Assembly (NCBI GenBank): GCA_052032275.1
Contig: JBPEWW010000042.1
Coordinates: 1 to 38,362 of the forward strand
Reading direction: 5' to 3'
Origin: Alteromonas sp.
Lineage (GTDB): Bacteria; Pseudomonadota; Gammaproteobacteria; Enterobacterales; Alteromonadaceae
DNA: 38,362 bases
This document shows, piece by piece, positions 19,331 through 29,983 of this stretch. How positions within the stretch are numbered: the stretch's first letter is position 1; the number at the start of each line of letters is the position of its first letter. Under the pieces are notes generated by a model, which was given only the letters and a program-made list of their open reading frames with translations, was not told the DNA's origin and searched no databases. A program made the translations under genes and the position numbers.

Positions 19331-20392
19331 CTAGCGAAGGAAGTACAGGAGTCCGTGCAGACCGCTAAAACGGATAGCCACGTCGGCTTTCTCATTGACC
19401 ACAGGCTTGCCATGACAGGCAACGCCCAGCCCTGCCTGGCTCATCATCACTAAATCATTCGCGCCGTCACCCAGGGCGACCGTCTGCCCGGGCGCGACCT
19501 GGTATTCCTCTGCCAGCGCCGACACGACCGCCGCCTTGGTGTCAGCATCGACAATGTCGCCGGTTACCTTACCGGTAAGCGTCCCGTCTGCCACTTCAAG
19601 CTCATTGGCATAGGCTCTGTCTAACCCGAGCCGGGTTTGCAGATAACTGGCAAAATAAGTGAACCCTCCTGAGGCCAGGGCGATACGCCAGCCATGCAGT
19701 TTCAATATCTCAGTCAGCACACTGATGCCCGGCATCAGCGGGATCTGATCCCGGATTTCCGCCAGTTGCGCTTGTTTGACGCCTTTTAAACAGGCCACCC
19801 GCGAGATCAGGCTTTGCGCGAAGTCCAGCTCGCCCCGCATGGCCATTTCTGTCACCCGGGAGACCTGCTCACCCACCCCAGCCAGTTTGGCAATCTCATC
19901 TATACACTCGATTTTGATCACGGTGCTGTCCATATCCATGACCAGCACCCCTGGCTGGGCTAACGCCGGTTGCTGATCCTGCACGCCAAGCTCCACCCCC
20001 AGTGCACTGGCCAGTTGCGAACAGCGCTCCGGCAGCCCGTCGCGCTGCTTGTACAACACCGGGGCCCGCACCACCGTTTCCCCGTAGCGTCCTGATAGCG
20101 GATGGGCAGACAATCCGCCAACACATAAGAAGTCTCGTAACCCGTCGATCACGGCTTCGCACTGAGCCAGGGTTAGTGCCTGACAAAACAGGGTTAACAC
20201 CGCCTGGTCCTGGCCGCGGGCCTCACACGCATACCACTGCCCTTTGGCGGGCTCGTAACGGATAAACTGATGAGTGTCCAGCAAAGACAGCAGCGTGGCG
20301 GATTGATGCCGGTGGGCTGCCGGCGGGGTAATTAAGGTCAAGACGCACTCTACTAGGATGGTTACAGAGACAGTCATCCTAGCCGAACTCAT
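19331..20392 (-). CDS. serB: Phosphoserine phosphatase
   Basis: MDMDST HAD motif I, ECIDEIA, ASGGF, GDGANDL. Exact start uncertain. Confidence 0.96.
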   Translation of the reverse strand: MSSARMTVSVTILVECVLTLITPPAAHRHQSATLLSLLDTHQFIRYEPAKGQWYACEARGQDQAVLTLFCQALTLAQCEAVIDGLRDFLCVGGLSAHPLSGRYGETVVRAPVLYKQRDGLPERCSQLASALGVELGVQDQQPALAQPGVLVMDMDSTVIKIECIDEIAKLAGVGEQVSRVTEMAMRGELDFAQSLISRVACLKGVKQAQLAEIRDQIPLMPGISVLTEILKLHGWRIALASGGFTYFASYLQTRLGLDRAYANELEVADGTLTGKVTGDIVDADTKAAVVSALAEEYQVAPGQTVALGDGANDLVMMSQAGLGVACHGKPVVNEKADVAIRFSGLHGLLYFLR

Positions 20393-20519
20393 ACCGCAAG
20401 CAAACCCTTGGCGAAGAATAACTTATCACGCTATCACCACCGCCCGCCCGAAGTGCAGACAGGAGGTGACTTTGCGCCGCTTTTTGAGATATGGTGTAGC
20501 CAGATTGACAGGAACCCGT

Positions 20520-21194
20520 ATGCCGAACCAAGAACCTACTCCCACAACCTACCTCCCCCCGGAGCGTCGGCAAAGTCCCGCCATGTCTCATAGCGCCTAT
20601 GTGGTGATGAAGCGGCTGGTTCACTCGCTGTTGCTGGGCGTGACCATGGTAGTCGCCATCATCACTCTGATGGTGTACCAGCAACAACAGGAGCGCTGGC
20701 TGAAAATGCAAACCAGTCAGCCGGGCCAGCCGCTGGCCCGCCAATACAGTCAAATACTGGCGGCCCCGCTGGTAAGTAAAGATAATGAGGCGCTGGCGGC
20801 ACTGCTGGCTAACCTGCAACAGGAAGCCACGGTGATTGAGGCCAATGTGTATGACGACAGGGGCATGGTGGTCGCCCCCCTTAGCCATTATACTTCTGTA
20901 GTCAGCAAGGCTTACCTGAATGACATCCCGCCGGTAACCCATATTCAGGACATTGTAAATGACAGCGGCGCGACCATTGGCTATTTACGCGTCATAATCG
21001 ACCCTGTAGAAGTGCTGGGAAAGCCGTTGTCGCTGCAAAAAAGCAGAATGCAAATACTCTCTGGCTGCATGTTTCTGGCGTTTATCGCTGGCATCTATCT
21101 TACCCGGGGATTTTATAAGGCCCGGCCTGCCCTGCGTCAGTACCGCGCCCGTACCGCACCGGCAACCGCTCAGTTTGAAGAAAAAAGACGCTGA
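20520..21194 (+). CDS. Smp/YtjB/AhpA-family membrane protein
   Basis: Two hydrophobic segments flanking a periplasmic domain (..ANVYDDRG.., IGYLRV); divergent from serB as in E. coli/Vibrio. Start moved to ATG at 20520 to avoid overlap with serB. Confidence 0.75.
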   Translation: MPNQEPTPTTYLPPERRQSPAMSHSAYVVMKRLVHSLLLGVTMVVAIITLMVYQQQQERWLKMQTSQPGQPLARQYSQILAAPLVSKDNEALAALLANLQQEATVIEANVYDDRGMVVAPLSHYTSVVSKAYLNDIPPVTHIQDIVNDSGATIGYLRVIIDPVEVLGKPLSLQKSRMQILSGCMFLAFIAGIYLTRGFYKARPALRQYRARTAPATAQFEEKRR

Positions 21195-21934
21195 TAATTA
21201 GCGGTGGTGACAGTAGCGATATCGCTGACTGTGCAGCCGCGCAGGGCGGCTAATTCAGCAGCTACATCGGTCACCCGCACCGGCTCGTTGCGCATGCCCT
21301 GATAGCCGCACACTGGCATATCCGGGCAGTCAGTCTCCAGTAACAGGGCTGAATCTGGCGCAGCGGCCACCGTCGCCCGGGTTTTGCTGGCACGCTGGTA
21401 GGTGATTGTGCCGCCAATACCGAGTAGAAAGCCATGATCCTGGTACGCGTGAGCCACCTCTTCGCTGCCAGAAAAGGCGTGAATTACACCGCCCTGGTCA
21501 AATTTTATCGCCTTCAGGCGGGCCAGCAGCAGGTGGTGCGTTTTTCTGTGATGCAGGATCACCGGTAACCCCGCCTCTTTAGCCAGTGCCAACTGACGAT
21601 CAAGTACGGCTATTTGCTCTTGCTCTGACACATCGACAGTGGCATCCAGGCCAATCTCACCTACCGCAACCGCCCGCTGTGAAGAATTGGCTAATTGCTG
21701 CTCCAGCAATGCAAGCGCATGGTTGTTATCCGGCTGCAAAAAGTAGGGGTGCAGGCCAAAGGCGATATCGATGTTTGCGTGGCGAGCCTGAAGCTCACAC
21801 TGGCGCTGCCAGCCAGGGGAAGTGGTGCCGGGAATGAGAAAGCGCGTCACGCCCTGCTTGCGGGCGCGCCCTAATACTTCGGAGATATCGTCAGCAAAGT
21901 CGTCAAAATCCAGATGACAATGACTGTCTATCAT
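21170..21934 (-). CDS. TatD-family metal-dependent hydrolase/DNase (YjjV-like)
   Basis: MIDSHCHLD, GLHP, VGEIGLD, IHAFSGS, LLETD.PD. Confidence 0.93.
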   Translation of the reverse strand: MIDSHCHLDFDDFADDISEVLGRARKQGVTRFLIPGTTSPGWQRQCELQARHANIDIAFGLHPYFLQPDNNHALALLEQQLANSSQRAVAVGEIGLDATVDVSEQEQIAVLDRQLALAKEAGLPVILHHRKTHHLLLARLKAIKFDQGGVIHAFSGSEEVAHAYQDHGFLLGIGGTITYQRASKTRATVAAAPDSALLLETDCPDMPVCGYQGMRNEPVRVTDVAAELAALRGCTVSDIATVTTANYQRLFSSN

Positions 21935-22572
21935 CAGGGCATTAAGCGCTGGACCTGCCAGCGGCTGTCCTCTGCCAGGTTATACTCGAAGCGGTCATGC
22001 AGGCGATCCTTGCCCCCTTGCCAAAACTCTATCTGATGGGGACGGATGCGATAGCCGCCCCAGAAATCGGGCACCGGCAAGGCCTGGTCGGCAAACTTCT
22101 GTTTGAGTTGGGCGAACTGACTTAACAGCGCAGCCTTTGCCGACAGCGGCTGACTCTGGCGGGATGCATAGGCGGCAATCTGACTGTCCTTGGGACGGGA
22201 CAGAAAATAACTGGCGTTTTCTTTCAGCGACAGCTTTTCAGCGGTGCCGCATACCCTCACCTGACGCTCCATAAAAAACCACGGAAAATGGCAGGATACC
22301 TTCGGGTTAGCCGCCAGCTCAGTGGCTTTGCGACTGCCAAAGTTGGTGAAAAATACAAACCCGTCTTCACAGACATCTTTCAGCAGCACAATGCGTTGCG
22401 ATGGTTGGCCATCAGCGGCGACAGTCGCCACGGTCATAGCCGTCGGATCAGGAATACCGGCATCAATGGCATCCTGCAGCCAGCGGTTAAATAGCGCAAT
22501 GGGATGGTCCGTTAACTGCGCTTCAGTCAACTCCCCCAGGGTGTACTGCCGACGTAAATCTGAAATTGCCAT
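21934..22572 (-). CDS. pdxH: Pyridoxine/pyridoxamine 5'-phosphate oxidase
   Basis: RIVLLK, FFTN..SRK, RQVRV.G, FWGGYR..P..IEFWQG...RLHDR. Confidence 0.97.
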   Translation of the reverse strand: MAISDLRRQYTLGELTEAQLTDHPIALFNRWLQDAIDAGIPDPTAMTVATVAADGQPSQRIVLLKDVCEDGFVFFTNFGSRKATELAANPKVSCHFPWFFMERQVRVCGTAEKLSLKENASYFLSRPKDSQIAAYASRQSQPLSAKAALLSQFAQLKQKFADQALPVPDFWGGYRIRPHQIEFWQGGKDRLHDRFEYNLAEDSRWQVQRLMP

Positions 22573-22597
22573 AACCGCCTCTGTCGTTTACTGCCTG

Positions 22598-23515
22598 CTA
22601 TTGCTGGTAATCGTCACCGTAGCCCAGCGAACGCAAGGCCCGCTCATCATCTGCCCAGCCTTGTTTGACTTTTACCCACAGTTCAAGAAAAACTTTGGTA
22701 TCGAACAGGTTTTCCATATCTTTACGGGCCTGTTCGCCAATCGTTTTCAGGTGGTGACCTTTTTTACCGATCACCATGCGCTTCTGGGTTTCACGCTCCA
22801 CCAGAATAAGTCCGCTGATCCGATACACACCGTTTTCAGTCATCTTAAACTGCTCGATCTCGACGGTGGTGGAATAAGGCAGCTCATCACCGGTGAAACG
22901 CATCAGCTTTTCACGAATAATCTCCGCCGCCATAAAGCGACTGGACCGGTCGGTGATGTAGTCATCCGGGTAGTAAAATTCACTTTCCGGCAAACTGTCC
23001 ATTACCAGCTGCCTCAAATCGCTTACCATTTTTCCCTGTTTAGCGCTCACCGGGACAATATGGTCAAACGGATGCTTCTGCGCCAGTTGTTGCAGGTGGA
23101 GCATCAGTTCTTCTTTGTCCTGCACTTTATCCACTTTGTTGATCACCAGATAAGCGGGCAACCCGGCGGCTTTCACCTTACTGAGTACCATCTCGTCATC
23201 GTCGGTCCACCGGGTCCCTTCTACCACCATAATTACCAGTCCTACTTCAGCCAGTGAGCTACTGGCGGCACGGTTCATGTAGCGGTTAATGGCACGCTTT
23301 TCTTCCTGATGCAGGCCAGGCGTATCAACATATATGGCCTGGCAGTGCCCGTCGGTATCAATACCCATGATGCGGTGCCGGGTCGTTTGCGGTTTGCGGG
23401 ATGTGATGCTGACCTTAAGCCCCATCAACCGGTTCAGCAGCGTGGATTTGCCTACATTCGGGCGCCCAACAATTGCCACCAGACCACACCGTGACGGATC
23501 ATTTTGCGTTGTCAT
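22598..23515 (-). CDS. era: GTPase Era
   Basis: [26 protein letters not shown] domain VIGKKG. Confidence 0.98.
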   Translation of the reverse strand: MTTQNDPSRCGLVAIVGRPNVGKSTLLNRLMGLKVSITSRKPQTTRHRIMGIDTDGHCQAIYVDTPGLHQEEKRAINRYMNRAASSSLAEVGLVIMVVEGTRWTDDDEMVLSKVKAAGLPAYLVINKVDKVQDKEELMLHLQQLAQKHPFDHIVPVSAKQGKMVSDLRQLVMDSLPESEFYYPDDYITDRSSRFMAAEIIREKLMRFTGDELPYSTTVEIEQFKMTENGVYRISGLILVERETQKRMVIGKKGHHLKTIGEQARKDMENLFDTKVFLELWVKVKQGWADDERALRSLGYGDDYQQ

Positions 23516-24188
23516 CCAACACCTCCAGCATTAACCGTGCGGCTTCCTGTTCCGCTTTGCGCCGACTGTTGCCAGCGGCGGTAATGGGCTTCTCACGACT
23601 ACTGACGGTACAGCTGACTTCAAAGGTCTGGGCGTGATCTTTCCCTGTGATAGACACTACCTCGTACTGCGGCAGTGGTTGCTTGCGCGATTGCAGAAAC
23701 TCCTGCAAGCGGGTTTTACTGTCCTTAGGGTGAGCGTTAGGATCCAGCTTGGTTATCCGCGACTGCCACAAACTGAGGATCACCGTGCGTGTTTGTTCCA
23801 GACCGGCTTCCAGATAGAGGGCCCCGAGGATGGCCTCAACCGCATCGGCCAGAATAGAGCTCCGGCGGTGGCCACCGCTTTTCAGCTCGCCTGGCCCCAG
23901 TTTGAGCAGGTCACCAATACTGGTCTCCCGTGCCAACTCAGCGAGCGTGTCGCCTTTGACCAGCGTCGAACGCATCCGTGTCAGCTTGCCCTCAGGGACA
24001 GCCGGGAAATGCCGGAAAAGTTCTTCACCAATCACCATGCCTAATACGGCATCGCCCAGAAATTCCAGTCGCTCATTATGATCTTTCGCGGCACTGCGGT
24101 GGGTCAGCGCCTGCTCGAGCAGTGTGACATCCTGAAATTCATACCCCAGCGCGGCGTACAATCGACGGTACGGATCAATGCCCTGCAT
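23499..24188 (-). CDS. rnc: Ribonuclease III
   Basis: [12 protein letters not shown] signature; C-terminal dsRBD (KTRLQE.LQ). Confidence 0.98.
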   Translation of the reverse strand: MQGIDPYRRLYAALGYEFQDVTLLEQALTHRSAAKDHNERLEFLGDAVLGMVIGEELFRHFPAVPEGKLTRMRSTLVKGDTLAELARETSIGDLLKLGPGELKSGGHRRSSILADAVEAILGALYLEAGLEQTRTVILSLWQSRITKLDPNAHPKDSKTRLQEFLQSRKQPLPQYEVVSITGKDHAQTFEVSCTVSSREKPITAAGNSRRKAEQEAARLMLEVLDDNAK

Positions 24189-25096
24189 TAGTCAATGCCA
24201 CCCACACGATCGAATCGGACGCCGGTGGGGATCCAGCTGGGTAACCAGCTGTCAGCATCCCGCTCAAATTCAAAACTAATCCAGATCGCCACAGCCTTGC
24301 CGACCAGGTTATCGTCAGGCACAAACCCCCAGAAGCGACTGTCGCGGCTGTTATCGCGGTTGTCACCCAGTACGAAGTATTCACCTTCCGGGACAATCCA
24401 CTCATTGCTGCGCGTGCCAGGCTGCGAGTAAAAGCTGGCACTGCCGAATTCCCGTCGGGGATGGCGCAGCGTCTCATGCGTCACGTCACCCAGTGTTTCA
24501 CGGTAGCGCAATAAGGGGGCCATTTCCTGAACAAAGTCGCCCCGGCTTACAAATTCCTGCGGTATGGCCCGCAATTCCCCGCATGCTGCTTCACCGTCAC
24601 ATTTGGGTTTGATATACACCTGTTTGTTGCGGTACACAATGGTATCGCCGGGCACACCAATCACCCGCTTGATGTAGTCTACATTGGGGGCTTCAGGGTA
24701 TTTAAAGACCACCACGTCGCCCCGTTCGGGGGCGCCGGTTTCAATCAGCTTTTCCCGGAATACCGGGTCTTTCACCCCGTAGGCGTATTTTTCCACCAGA
24801 ATAAAATCGCCCACCAGCAGGGTGGGCATCATCGAGCCTGACGGGATCTGAAACGGTTCATAAAAGAACGATCGCAGTACCAGTACAAAGGCGATTACCG
24901 GAAAAATCTGTTGCGAAGTATCGACCAGATACGGTAACTCGGGTTGCGGATCCATCCCCGACGTACTGCCTGCAGCGGCTGCTGTCTCGGCCATTCTCGC
25001 CCTGCGCCGGGGCGCAAAGATAAGGCTGTCCAACAGCCAGATCAGTCCGGTCGCCAGGGTCAGAAAAACCAGCAATAAGGAAAAGTAATTCGCCAT
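24188..25096 (-). CDS. lepB: Signal peptidase I
   Basis: EPFQIPSGSMMPTL, DYIKRVIG.PGD, GDNRDNS.DSR.WG. Confidence 0.98.
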   Translation of the reverse strand: MANYFSLLLVFLTLATGLIWLLDSLIFAPRRRARMAETAAAAGSTSGMDPQPELPYLVDTSQQIFPVIAFVLVLRSFFYEPFQIPSGSMMPTLLVGDFILVEKYAYGVKDPVFREKLIETGAPERGDVVVFKYPEAPNVDYIKRVIGVPGDTIVYRNKQVYIKPKCDGEAACGELRAIPQEFVSRGDFVQEMAPLLRYRETLGDVTHETLRHPRREFGSASFYSQPGTRSNEWIVPEGEYFVLGDNRDNSRDSRFWGFVPDDNLVGKAVAIWISFEFERDADSWLPSWIPTGVRFDRVGGID

Positions 25097-26892
25097 TACT
25101 TGCCTACCTTCAACACGGCCAGGAATGCGTCCTGCGGCAATTCAACGTTACCGATTTGCTTCATGCGCTTTTTCCCTTCCTTTTGCTTTTGCAATAGTTT
25201 CTTCTTACGGCTGACATCACCGCCATAACATTTGGCGATGACGTTTTTACGCAGCTGCTTGACCGTACTGCGCGCTACCACGTGATTCCCAATGGCAGCC
25301 TGAATGGCAATATCAAACATTTGCCGGGGGATAAGCTCGCGCAGTTTATCAACCAGCTCACGGCCACGGGTCTGTGCCTGCTCGCGGTGGGTGATAATGG
25401 CCAGCGCATCAACCCGTTCGCCATTAATTAAAATGTCTACCCGTACCATGTCTGATGACTGGAAGCGTTTGAAATTATAGTCAAGTGACGCGAAGCCGCG
25501 ACTGGTTGACTTCAGGCGGTCGAAGAAGTCCATAACCACTTCTGCCATCGGCAGCTCGTAAGTGACCGCTACCTGCTTACCATGGTACGCCATGTTGGTC
25601 TGCATGCCGCGTTTTTCCACGCACAAGGTAATAACATTGCCCAGAAACTCCTGCGGTACCAGGATATTCGCCTCTACCATGGGTTCATGAATTTCTTCAA
25701 TGTCATTGACCGGTGGCAGTTTGGACGGATTATCCACACTCAGGGTCTCGCCCTTAGTCGTGACCACTTCGTAGATAACCGTTGGCGCCGTGGTGATCAG
25801 GCCAAGATCGTATTCCCGTTCCAGGCGTTCCTGAATAATTTCCATGTGCAGCATGCCCAGAAAACCTATGCGGAAACCAAAGCCCAGCGCAGCGGAACTC
25901 TCTGGTTCATAAAACAGCGAGGCATCATTCAGGCTGAGTTTAGCCAGTGCATCACGGAAGTCTTCGTAGTCATCTGAGCTTATTGGGAAGACACCTGCAT
26001 ACACCTGCGGTTTGACTTTTTTAAAGCCTGGCAGCATTTTTTCGGCAGGCTTCTTGGCCAGGGTGATTGTGTCACCTACCGGCGCGCCCTGGATATCTTT
26101 AATGCCTGCAATGATGAAGCCCACTTCGCCGGCTTTTAAGGTACCGGTTTCAACCGGCTTCGGCGTAAAAATACCGACTTTATCGGCCTGATGGGTCTGG
26201 CCGTTTGACATGATCTGAATCTTGTCTTTAACGTTAAGCTCACCTTCCATGATGCGCACCAGCGACACTACCCCCTGGTAATTATCAAACCAGGAGTCGA
26301 CGATCAGCGCTCGCAGCGGGGCTTCACGGTCACCCTCTGGCGGTGGAATTTTGTTAACAATCACTTCCAGCACATCTTCGATACCCACGCCGGTTTTGGC
26401 TGAGCAACGCACCGCTTCCAGGGCATCTATACCGACGATGTCTTCAATTTCTTCTGCCACCCGATCAGGTTCTGCCTGCGGCAAGTCGATTTTATTCAGG
26501 ATCGGCACCACTTCCATATCCATGTCGATAGCGGTGTAGCAGTTTGCCAGCGTTTGGGCTTCAACGCCCTGCCCGGCATCTACCACCAGCAATGCCCCTT
26601 CACAGGCAGCCAGTGAGCGCGACACCTCATAGGTGAAGTCCACGTGTCCGGGGGTATCAATGAAATTAAGCTGATAGGTTTCGCCGTCACGGGCCGTGTA
26701 ATTCAGCGTGACACTTTGCGCCTTGATCGTAATTCCCCGCTCCCTCTCAAGATCCATGGAGTCGAGTACCTGCTCGGCCATCTCACGCTCGGTCAGCCCT
26801 CCACAATGTTGAATAAGGCGGTCTGACAACGTCGACTTACCGTGGTCGATGTGGGCAATGATACTGAAATTACGAATGTGCGAATGTTGCAT
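25096..26892 (-). CDS. lepA: Elongation factor 4
   Basis: [39 protein letters not shown]. Start moved to ATG at 26892. Confidence 0.98.
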   Translation of the reverse strand: MQHSHIRNFSIIAHIDHGKSTLSDRLIQHCGGLTEREMAEQVLDSMDLERERGITIKAQSVTLNYTARDGETYQLNFIDTPGHVDFTYEVSRSLAACEGALLVVDAGQGVEAQTLANCYTAIDMDMEVVPILNKIDLPQAEPDRVAEEIEDIVGIDALEAVRCSAKTGVGIEDVLEVIVNKIPPPEGDREAPLRALIVDSWFDNYQGVVSLVRIMEGELNVKDKIQIMSNGQTHQADKVGIFTPKPVETGTLKAGEVGFIIAGIKDIQGAPVGDTITLAKKPAEKMLPGFKKVKPQVYAGVFPISSDDYEDFRDALAKLSLNDASLFYEPESSAALGFGFRIGFLGMLHMEIIQERLEREYDLGLITTAPTVIYEVVTTKGETLSVDNPSKLPPVNDIEEIHEPMVEANILVPQEFLGNVITLCVEKRGMQTNMAYHGKQVAVTYELPMAEVVMDFFDRLKSTSRGFASLDYNFKRFQSSDMVRVDILINGERVDALAIITHREQAQTRGRELVDKLRELIPRQMFDIAIQAAIGNHVVARSTVKQLRKNVIAKCYGGDVSRKKKLLQKQKEGKKRMKQIGNVELPQDAFLAVLKVGK

Positions 26893-27118
26893 AATGCTGG
26901 AGATTACCTGCAAAAAAATTATCGTTGAACTTACTTTTTTACTCTGTCTGTACAGAGGGTGATCACCCCGGGAAGGTCAGGCAGTTCACCGTCATCCCGC
27001 AGCGCGAGCGGATTTTACCCATTTCTCACCGGAAAAGCGAATGAAGTGAGCCGAAAGGCGCTAAATGTAAGGCAGAGAAATACCGTCAGGGGCCGCAACT
27101 GACGCGGCGCATTAGCCG

Positions 27119-27592
27119 CTACGCGGCAGGCTTACCGGGGGACACAGAGGACGGAGATTTGGCCAGTAACACGGGTTCGAAACGGCGACCGTCAAGTTGC
27201 TTGATCCAGCCTGACAGGGCTACAAAACCTGCCAGAGTGACGACAACACTTCCCAGTAACACCCACAGTTCACTGACCAGCCCTATGCCGGGAAGGGTTG
27301 CGCTGAAGAGCACTGCGCTGGCAATAAAGATAGCCAGCGGTAACAGGTAGAGCAGCGCCGAGGCACTGACTATGCCCGCTTCCGGGATCCCTACCTGCAC
27401 GGTGTCCCCGACTTTGACAGGTACCGGGCTGCGTAACGTCAGTTGCTGCACCCTGGGCGCCAGCGCTCTGGAAATGGCACCCGTTCCGCAATCTGACTGA
27501 GCCTGACAACTGGAACAGGTGGTTTTAATTGCCGCTTCCACCACCACCCTGTCCTCGTCGACCTGCACCACCGTGGCCGTCTCAGTGATCAT
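27119..27592 (-). CDS. rseC: RseC/MucC family membrane protein
   Basis: CSSC....CG cysteine motif plus two TM helices; last gene of rpoE-rseABC. Confidence 0.92.
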   Translation of the reverse strand: MITETATVVQVDEDRVVVEAAIKTTCSSCQAQSDCGTGAISRALAPRVQQLTLRSPVPVKVGDTVQVGIPEAGIVSASALLYLLPLAIFIASAVLFSATLPGIGLVSELWVLLGSVVVTLAGFVALSGWIKQLDGRRFEPVLLAKSPSSVSPGKPAA

Positions 27593-28707
27593 TCGCTACC
27601 TCCGCTCACCGACAAGGAGGTGGCAATAGACTCGGCGGTTTTCGGCGGAATTTCTCCCACAACGGTGACCTGGGCTTTGCCGTCGGTAAGGGTGAGGAAG
27701 GTATTCAGGTTATGCCGCAGGACCAAATCGGAGCCCAGGGCATCCGCAGCCGGCTGCACGTAAACAGAAACATCCACCAGCCCGTCACTGAACATTTTGT
27801 ATTCAACCACTTGCCCGGTCAGTGCCAGCCGGCGAATATCCCGCCGCACTTCATGCATTCCGGTCGGCAAATAGGTGACCTCCCAGGCATGATCCCGGGT
27901 CTGACTGGGCGAAATGGCCATTGGCTTAGGCAATGATGCCTGATTTACACGCTGAAAATACGCATGGGGAGTGTCAGTTATCGACAGTGAGGTGACCTGA
28001 ATTTGCTCCAGCAATGCCCCTTGCAAATCCAGCATATTCAGCTTCAGCAGCATGCCGGTTTTTTCGTCCAGCCATAACTGGTAGTTAAACCGGCTGTTAT
28101 CCCGGCTGACTATTCTGATTTGCTGCGCCGGCCGGCCTGCCACCCGCGCCCGGCCAACACTGACAAACTCATACCCTTTTCTGAGCGCATCCGGATGGTA
28201 CAGGAGTTCACTGGGAATTGGCCCGTTGATGTAGTCAGAACGCAGACTGTAGGGTGGCACATCAGGCTCGAATATGCTGACCACACTGCCGACCCGGATC
28301 AACTCCCGACCCGGTCCGTTTTGCAGATTCAGCTGCTCCAGGGATTGTCCGTTTTCATCCACGGCATGCCGCCACAGGTAAGGCACCGTTTCCTGGCCGG
28401 CCCGGCTTTGTACAAAGGTGACCTGAAAATTGAGATTCTGGGTAGCCTGCGTTAATCGCTCAAGCCAGTCACCGGTGGTGGCCGGCGCCTCGTCGGCGGA
28501 TGATGCGGCCGGATGGGTCTCGTTTTCACCCTGCCCCGACTGATTAAGCTTATCTTCTTCGGTATATATCACGTCCGGCTGCGCAGACGACTCCTGCCCC
28601 ACGGCAGGTACCGTGACAATCAACGCGCCGATCAACAGGCAGTTTTTTAATCCTGAAAACAAACGTACCAGCCCACAGGTGGCTGGTACGTGACTACATA
28701 CATTCAT
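27589..28707 (-). CDS. rseB: Periplasmic sigmaE regulator RseB/MucB
   Basis: GRARVAGR, WLDEKTGMLLK, FSDGLVDVSVYV, VVGEIPP. Probable start ATG at 28707; true start could be further downstream. Confidence 0.93.
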   Translation of the reverse strand: MNVCSHVPATCGLVRLFSGLKNCLLIGALIVTVPAVGQESSAQPDVIYTEEDKLNQSGQGENETHPAASSADEAPATTGDWLERLTQATQNLNFQVTFVQSRAGQETVPYLWRHAVDENGQSLEQLNLQNGPGRELIRVGSVVSIFEPDVPPYSLRSDYINGPIPSELLYHPDALRKGYEFVSVGRARVAGRPAQQIRIVSRDNSRFNYQLWLDEKTGMLLKLNMLDLQGALLEQIQVTSLSITDTPHAYFQRVNQASLPKPMAISPSQTRDHAWEVTYLPTGMHEVRRDIRRLALTGQVVEYKMFSDGLVDVSVYVQPAADALGSDLVLRHNLNTFLTLTDGKAQVTVVGEIPPKTAESIATSLSVSGGSE

Positions 28708-28717
28708 GCTCTTGCTA

Positions 28718-29305
28718 CTATGGCTGAGGTTCGGTCTGGTTATTTTGCTTGGCTTCTGCGCTTTGCTCTTCCGCTTGCTTAATCTTGACCTGCTGCTCGT
28801 GATCGGCAATCAGGGCATTCACCTTACGCTTTTTCTCAAGCATGACTTCCATGTCGTTTCTGGGCAGGGTGCGGGTTTGCTGCAAGCTCACCGGCGCCAT
28901 GCCACCTTGTGGATTAGTCGGCGCTGTCATAAACGGCTCATTCGGCATCTCAGGCTGGTTAAACTGCTGATAGCCCAGTATGAATGCTGCGGCCACCGAG
29001 GCTGCCACCGCATACTGGCCGGTTTGTCGGGCAAACGGTACCACGCTGCCAAGCACCGGCACCTTACTCCAACGGGACTTCTTCGGTGCCATTATTGTCG
29101 GCTCATTTTCTAACGCCGCAGCAACGCTGGCGGTAATGTCTGCTTGTGGCGCGACACTGGCTTCTTTACGGAGCCCGCTACGGATGACATGGTAGCGCTG
29201 CCACTTTGCCCGCAATTCCGCATCCTGCTTAATTACGTCAATTATGTCATTGTCTTGTGCTTCGCCGTCCATGAAAGCGGACAATTGTTCTTGCTGTTGC
29301 GTCAT
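28718..29305 (-). CDS. rseA: Anti-sigmaE factor RseA
   Basis: EQLSAFMDGE, WQRYHVIR, TM segment AVAASVAAAFILG. Confidence 0.95.
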   Translation of the reverse strand: MTQQQEQLSAFMDGEAQDNDIIDVIKQDAELRAKWQRYHVIRSGLRKEASVAPQADITASVAAALENEPTIMAPKKSRWSKVPVLGSVVPFARQTGQYAVAASVAAAFILGYQQFNQPEMPNEPFMTAPTNPQGGMAPVSLQQTRTLPRNDMEVMLEKKRKVNALIADHEQQVKIKQAEEQSAEAKQNNQTEPQP

Positions 29306-29354
29306 ATATTCATACCCTGATCAATACTGATCACTTACCACCCTAACACAGCTG

Positions 29355-29381
29355 TTAGTAACCCTCACCAAGGAAAAGTTC
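29355..29381 (-). promoter_or_regulatory. Putative sigmaE promoter for rseABC overlapping the rpoE stop codon
   Basis: GAACTT-N16-ACTAA versus consensus GAACTT-N16-TCTRA. Confidence 0.5.
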
Positions 29382-29958
29382 AATTTTCTAACAGCGGTTG
29401 TATAACTTTATCAATTGCCTCGCGAGCCCGGAATATCCGTGACCTGACAGTCCCCACAGGACAGTCCATGGCGGTGGCAATTTCTTCGTAACTCAGCCCT
29501 TCAATTTCACGCAACGTAATAGCCGTGCGTAAATCGTCAGGCAATTTTTCCACCACACGAAACAAGGTGGTTTCTATTTCATTGGACAGCAAACTGCGCT
29601 CAGGCGTAGATTGTTCTTTGAGCGCATCACTGCCTTCGTAATAATCGGCTTCATCAGCATCAACGTCACTGGCCGGCGGCTTTCTGCCCTGCGCGACCAG
29701 ATAATTCTTTGCACTGTTCACCGCTATCCGGTACAGCCAGGTATAAAACGCGCTGTCACCACGAAAATTGGGCAAGGCACGATACGCTTTAATGAAAGCA
29801 TCCTGGGTGACGTCTGCCACATCGCCGGAATTTTTCACATAGCGCGAAACTAAGTGCATTACCTTATGCTGATAGCGGGTAACCAGAAGATTAAACGCGT
29901 TTTTGTCGCCGCTCTGTACCTTTTCAACCAGCTGCTGATCGGTTATTTGCTCGCTCAT
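29380..29958 (-). CDS. rpoE: RNA polymerase sigma factor RpoE (sigma24)
   Basis: MSEQITDQQLVE.VQ.GD..AFNLLV.RYQHKV, FYTWLYRIAVN, CPVGTVRSRIFRAR; AAGGAG SD. Start taken as the MSEQ ATG. Confidence 0.98.
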   Translation of the reverse strand: MSEQITDQQLVEKVQSGDKNAFNLLVTRYQHKVMHLVSRYVKNSGDVADVTQDAFIKAYRALPNFRGDSAFYTWLYRIAVNSAKNYLVAQGRKPPASDVDADEADYYEGSDALKEQSTPERSLLSNEIETTLFRVVEKLPDDLRTAITLREIEGLSYEEIATAMDCPVGTVRSRIFRAREAIDKVIQPLLEN

Positions 29959-29983
29959 TCGAGCCATCACTCCTTAACGTCTA

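Noticed and set aside
22322-23257. 311-aa plus-strand ORF antisense to pdxH and era
   Set aside because: Mirror-frame shadow of conserved genes; no SD, no recognisable motif.
26927-26952. GAACTT...TCTGT on the plus strand upstream of lepA as a sigmaE promoter for an antisense sRNA
   Set aside because: Spacer is 14 nt rather than 16, and no terminator defines a transcript.
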